From contig JAFUMW010000018.1 of assembly GCA_017482465.1 (NCBI GenBank), forward strand, positions 663 to 64,662: a stretch of DNA of 64,000 nt. Direction: 5' to 3'. This DNA comes from Clostridia bacterium (lineage in GTDB: Bacteria > Bacillota > Clostridia > Oscillospirales > CAG-272). How positions within the stretch are numbered: the first letter of the stretch is position 1; each line of letters begins with the position of its first letter. The notes under the pieces were generated by a model. It saw nothing but the letters and a program-made list of their open reading frames with translations, did not search any database and was not told where the DNA came from. Below are positions 60,164 to 64,000 of the stretch, piece after piece. The position numbers were made by a program, and so were the translations under genes.

Positions 60164-60220
60164 AGTTCAGAACGTTAATTCAGAATTAGTAAAAGCCGCA
60201 TATGCGGCATGGAGATTCTT

Positions 60221-60571
60221 ATGAAAATGTCCGAAATTGCATCTTTGCTCGGTGCGCGCGTGCTTTGCTGTGAAGAGCTTATAAATCACGAGGTACATTC
60301 AGCTTGCGGAAGTGACATGATGAGCGACGTGCTTGCTTTTGTTAAGGATCAGGCAGTGTTGCTTACAGGTCTTGTAAATCCGCAGGTGATAAGAACCGCC
60401 GAAATGATGGATATGCGTTGTATCGTTTTTGTCAGAAACAAAATGCCAAGTGACGATATGATAGCTCTTGCTGCTGATGCGGGGATAGTGATAATGGCTT
60501 CCCCCATGCGTATGTTCGAAGCGTGCGGACGTCTTTATACCGGCGGACTTATGCCGCAGGAGGTAGAGTGA
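60221..60571 (+). CDS. DRTGG-domain protein (copy 1)
   Basis: About 116 aa. ACGSDMMSDVL.....AVLLTGL.N.QVIRTAEMMD is typical of DRTGG. GGAG is 6 nt before ATG 60221. Confidence 0.7.
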   Translation: MKMSEIASLLGARVLCCEELINHEVHSACGSDMMSDVLAFVKDQAVLLTGLVNPQVIRTAEMMDMRCIVFVRNKMPSDDMIALAADAGIVIMASPMRMFEACGRLYTGGLMPQEVE

Positions 60572-60999
60572 TGGACAACTCTGCTCCTCTTGAATTCCAT
60601 TTTGTTGTTGACGGAAACGACTTTACTTCAGCCGGAGAGGCTTCGGTCGAGGTGAAGAAGATACTCAGACGAATCGGACTTGATTCCGAAGTGATAAGAA
60701 GAGTGTCGATAGCGATGTATGAGGCGGAGATAAACATGGTCATCCACGCCGGAGGCGGTGAGGCTGACGTGTCTGTCACGACCGACAGGATAACACTTGT
60801 AATGACCGACAAGGGTCCCGGCATCGCCGACATAGAGCTTGCTATGCGTGAGGGTTATTCGACAGCCCCCGACAACATACGTTCTCTCGGCTTCGGAGCG
60901 GGCATGGGACTTCCCAATATAAAGCGTTACACGGATGAGTTACATATCGAAAGCGAAGTTGGTAAAGGAACAAAAATTACAATGTCAGTAAACATATGA
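60571..60999 (+). CDS. HATPase_c-type ATP-binding protein (RsbW/SpoIIAB-like serine kinase / anti-sigma-regulatory-factor family)
   Basis: EAEINMVIHA (N-box-like), DKGPGI (G1), GFGAGMGLPNI (G2). The ATG overlaps the upstream TGA (TGATG). Confidence 0.75.
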   Translation: MDNSAPLEFHFVVDGNDFTSAGEASVEVKKILRRIGLDSEVIRRVSIAMYEAEINMVIHAGGGEADVSVTTDRITLVMTDKGPGIADIELAMREGYSTAPDNIRSLGFGAGMGLPNIKRYTDELHIESEVGKGTKITMSVNI

Positions 61000-61008
61000 G
61001 GTGATTAA

Positions 61009-62280
61009 ATGGCCCCCTACAAGCATTCTGTTGCTCTTGACACCGAAAAGTGTAAAGGCTGCATTACCTGCTTGAAACGTTGTCCGACCGAGGCTATACG
61101 CATAAGGGACGGACACGCGGTTATTAACTCCGACCGATGTATTGACTGCGGTGAATGTATAAGGCAGTGTCAGCATAAAGCCAAGCGCGCTGTTGCCGAT
61201 AAGCTTGCGGATCTGCCCTTTGGCAAAAAATTTGTGATCGCACTTCCGCCGCCATCCCTTTACGGACAGTTTGAAAATCTCGATGATGCCGATTACATAT
61301 TGCAGGGACTGCTCGATATCGGCTTTGACTACGTATACGAGGTCGCTCGCTCGGCTGAGCTTGTGACCGAGTACACACGGCAATACTTAAAACGGGATGA
61401 TATACGTCGCCCCGTTATAAGCTCGGCTTGCCCGGTCGTTACAAGACTTATTTCTCTCAGATTTCCATATCTGTGCGATAACCTTGTTCCGATAATGCCG
61501 CCGATGGAGATAGCCGCCGCAAAAGCCCGCGAAGAGGCAATGGCGAAAAATCCGGAGCTGAAAAGCGAGGACATTGTAACGGTGTTTATTGCGCCGTGTC
61601 CGGCAAAGGTAAGCTCGGTCAAGAATGATTTTACCGGATACGACAGTCATGTCGACTACGTCGTTGCAGTGAATGAGGTCTATTTTGAGCTTCTCGGAGC
61701 GATGAGCAAGATCAAAACACCGTCGCCTATATCAAAGACCGGTATGGTCGGAATGAGTTGGGCGGTCAGCGGAGGAGAGGCGTCCGCGCTTCTTAATGAC
61801 CGCTATCTTGCCGCAGACGGCATCGAAAACATAATAAAAGTGCTTGATGAGCTTGAAACGGCAAGCTTTCCGTTTCTTGACTATATTGAACTTAATGCCT
61901 GCAGCTCCGGCTGTGTAGGCGGAGTTATGACTGTCGGCAATCCATATCTTACAAAGGTGAAGATACAGAATCTCAAGCGCTATCTGCCGGTGATGCAGAA
62001 CAGACCGTCTGTTGAAGAGGCAAAGCACATACCCGAAAAATTCGAGTACAGGCAACAGGAATATGAACCGGTGTCAAGACTTGATTCCGACAGAAAGACT
62101 GCTATGAGTCTGATGAAGGAGATCTTAGCACTTGACGAAAGGCTTCCCGGATTTGACTGCGGGGCATGCGGTTCTCCGACCTGCCGTGCGTTTGCCGAGG
62201 ACGTTATAAAAAAGAAAGCCGAGCTTGAGGACTGTGCGTTTCTTGAGCGAGGAAATAAAAAGAAAAAATCCCAAGAGTGA
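61009..62280 (+). CDS. [FeFe]-hydrogenase-like protein, putative sensory (HydS/group-C-like): 2x[4Fe-4S] ferredoxin domain, H-cluster domain and C-terminal 4-Cys motif
   Basis: CKGCITCLKRCP and CIDCGECIRQC. H-cluster-like motifs SSACP, APCPAK, ELNACSSGCVGG. C-terminal CGACGSPTCRAFAEDV...C. Confidence 0.8.
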   Translation: MAPYKHSVALDTEKCKGCITCLKRCPTEAIRIRDGHAVINSDRCIDCGECIRQCQHKAKRAVADKLADLPFGKKFVIALPPPSLYGQFENLDDADYILQGLLDIGFDYVYEVARSAELVTEYTRQYLKRDDIRRPVISSACPVVTRLISLRFPYLCDNLVPIMPPMEIAAAKAREEAMAKNPELKSEDIVTVFIAPCPAKVSSVKNDFTGYDSHVDYVVAVNEVYFELLGAMSKIKTPSPISKTGMVGMSWAVSGGEASALLNDRYLAADGIENIIKVLDELETASFPFLDYIELNACSSGCVGGVMTVGNPYLTKVKIQNLKRYLPVMQNRPSVEEAKHIPEKFEYRQQEYEPVSRLDSDRKTAMSLMKEILALDERLPGFDCGACGSPTCRAFAEDVIKKKAELEDCAFLERGNKKKKSQE

Positions 62281-62290
62281 GAAAAAGTAT

Positions 62291-62617
62291 ATGACAGTAA
62301 ATTCTGTTTGCGAAAAGCTTGGGCTCGGTGTGTGTAATCTCGCCGACGGCGAAAGAGAGGTAGACGGCGTTTATGCCGGAGATCTTTTGAGCTGGGTGAT
62401 GGGACATGCCGAATGCTCGAATGTGCTTGTAACGATAATGTCGAATATAAACACACTTGCAGTCGCGTCGCTTCTCGATCTGTCTTGCGTGATCCTATCC
62501 GAATCGGTCAAGCCCGATAAGGAATTTGCCGATACGGCAAAGGAAAAAGAGATCAATGTATTCACTTCGAGCCTCACGACCTACGAGCTTTGTGCAAAGC
62601 TTTCGGAAATACTTTAA
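62291..62617 (+). CDS. DRTGG-domain protein (copy 2)
   Basis: About 108 aa. VYAGDLLSWVMGHAECSNVLVTIMSNINTLAVA resembles copy 1. Start at ATG 62291. Confidence 0.65.
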   Translation: MTVNSVCEKLGLGVCNLADGEREVDGVYAGDLLSWVMGHAECSNVLVTIMSNINTLAVASLLDLSCVILSESVKPDKEFADTAKEKEINVFTSSLTTYELCAKLSEIL

Positions 62618-62618
62618 A

Positions 62619-63383
62619 ATGAACAGATACTATTACGATCTTCATATACATTCCTGCCTGTCGCCCTGCGGCGATGACGATATGACACCCGCAAATATTT
62701 GCGGTATGGCGGCGCTGAAAGGACTTCATATAGTTGCACTGACAGACCATAACACCTGCGGCAACTGCAGAAGCTTTTTGAAAGCGGCATCGGCAAACGG
62801 TCTTATCGGTATCGCGGGAATGGAGCTTACCACAAGCGAAGATGTGCACATTGTCTGCTTGTTTGAGTTTCTTGATGACGCGCTTGAGTTTTCAAAAGCG
62901 GTCGAAGCATACAGAACCCCCTTTCCCAACAGAGAGGATATCTACGGGAAGCAGATGTATCTTGATGAAAACGATGAGGTGATCGGAGTCGAGGAAAATT
63001 TCCTGCCGATAGCAACATCGCTTTCAATCGACGATGCGTATGAGCTTGCGCTTTCGTACAATGCGCTCGTTTACCCCGCGCATATAGACCGCATGGCAAA
63101 CGGGATCGTGGCAACGCTCGGTACACTGCCGGATACACCCGATTTCGGGTGCGTTGAGTACAAGGACAGCTCATGTATAGAAGAGCTTACTGAGAAGATT
63201 CCGTCTCTAAAAGGAAAGAAACGGGTGGTCAATTCGGATGCTCACTATTTATGGGATATAAACGAAGCGGAAAATTATATCGAGCTTGACGATGAGCCGT
63301 ACAGCAGCGCTTACGTAAGAAAGCAGTTGTTTATGTACCTCAGAGGACAGGGTAGATATGCAGATACGGAAGGCACGGTTTAG
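62619..63383 (+). CDS. PHP-domain phosphoesterase
   Basis: YYYDLHIHSCLSPCGD (HxH), ALTDHNT, GMELTT, PAHID, DAH, the PHP metal-ligand pattern. Start at ATG 62619. Confidence 0.75.
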   Translation: MNRYYYDLHIHSCLSPCGDDDMTPANICGMAALKGLHIVALTDHNTCGNCRSFLKAASANGLIGIAGMELTTSEDVHIVCLFEFLDDALEFSKAVEAYRTPFPNREDIYGKQMYLDENDEVIGVEENFLPIATSLSIDDAYELALSYNALVYPAHIDRMANGIVATLGTLPDTPDFGCVEYKDSSCIEELTEKIPSLKGKKRVVNSDAHYLWDINEAENYIELDDEPYSSAYVRKQLFMYLRGQGRYADTEGTV

Positions 63384-63388
63384 TAATA

Positions 63389-63943
63389 ATGAAGGAATTA
63401 TCGCTGAACATACTTGATATCGCGCAGAATTCCATAACCGCCCGTTCGACGCTGATAAATATCGGAATAGTCGAAAGGGATAACACTTTTACGCTTACGA
63501 TATCGGACGACGGATGCGGAATGAGCGCGGAGATGGTAAAAAATGTAACAGATCCGTTTTGCACGACGAGAAAGACTCGAAAGGTCGGACTTGGAATACC
63601 GTTTTTGAAAATGCAGGCAGAGATGACAGGCGGAAGTTTTTCGATAAGCTCGAAAAGCGAAGCCGAGTTCCCGGATGACCACGGAACTATCACAACTGCA
63701 ATGTTTTATAAAGATCACATTGATTTTACTCCGCTCGGAGATATTATATCTACGGTCTGTACTCTTATTCACGGTGCGGGCGGCATAGATATCATGTTTA
63801 CGCATGAGTCGGAGATCTTTGATGTAAAGCTTGACACGAGAGAATTAAAAGAGGTGCTCGGTGCGGATATAAGCCTGAGCGAGCCTGAGATACTTTCGTG
63901 GATAGAACAATATTTAAGTGAACAATATAATTCATATAAATGA
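63389..63943 (+). CDS. Histidine-kinase-like ATPase (HATPase_c-only protein)
   Basis: N-box NILDIAQNS, G1 DDGCGM, G2 GLGIPF. No DHp/His-phosphotransfer domain is visible. Confidence 0.7.
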   Translation: MKELSLNILDIAQNSITARSTLINIGIVERDNTFTLTISDDGCGMSAEMVKNVTDPFCTTRKTRKVGLGIPFLKMQAEMTGGSFSISSKSEAEFPDDHGTITTAMFYKDHIDFTPLGDIISTVCTLIHGAGGIDIMFTHESEIFDVKLDTRELKEVLGADISLSEPEILSWIEQYLSEQYNSYK

Positions 63944-63960
63944 AAGAGAGGAACCCAAGA

Positions 63961-64000
63961 TGAAAAGTTTAGCTGAACTTGCTGCCATCAGAGAAAAGAT
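63961..64000 (+). CDS. 5' end of the next gene (truncated by the window), possibly a NuoE/NuoF-type hydrogenase subunit
   Basis: AGAGAGGAA RBS, then ATG AAA AGT TTA GCT GAA CTT GCT GCC ATC AGA GAA AAG (MKSLAELAAIREK). Only 13 codons are visible. Confidence 0.3.

Overview
This window looks like a chromosomal segment from a spore-forming Clostridia-class Firmicute, about half G+C by eye. Most of it is densely packed, conserved housekeeping and sporulation genes: murC 3' end, a yqeG-type HAD phosphatase, efp, dgt-dnaG-rpoD, yigZ-hflX, rpmE, spoIIGA-sigE, alaS, rny, thiI, rlmH, cinA-nth-maf-dut, a long U32 peptidase, murI, recG, rarA, a DUF1015 gene, metNIQ with an Lrp-type regulator, two tandem ~1050-aa S8 peptidases, spoIIR, murJ, a GT4 glycosyltransferase, ligA and obg. 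The window ends in the regulatory half of an [FeFe]-hydrogenase locus. I saw no rRNA, tRNA, CRISPR array, transposase or integrase. The best candidate for an undescribed system is an AT-rich island of about 2.4 kb (38335-40720) lying between the DUF1015 gene and metI. It holds an XRE-family HTH regulator and two perfect palindromic operators, facing a tightly coupled five-gene operon. That operon encodes a membrane-anchored 360-aa protein with no domain I recognise, three tiny Cys-rich proteins and a JAB/MPN metalloprotease. Two of the tiny proteins are absent from the ORF track, and one consists almost entirely of four perfect DnaJ-type CxxCxGxG motifs. None of the usual JAB partners (Ubl/E1/E2, CD-NTase) is present. 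The second notable item lies upstream of metQ-metN-metI. There, a consensus promoter drives a strongly Shine-Dalgarno-preceded 37-codon ORF with 8 Met and 2 Cys codons, followed by an intrinsic terminator, where an S-box or T-box would be expected. This suggests leader-peptide attenuation. Also worth a look are a HydS-like sensory hydrogenase cluster with altered H-cluster motifs and a three-copy GACCGGTC motif around the start of a permease gene. All calls come from reading the translations and sequence by eye. No database searches or computations were run.
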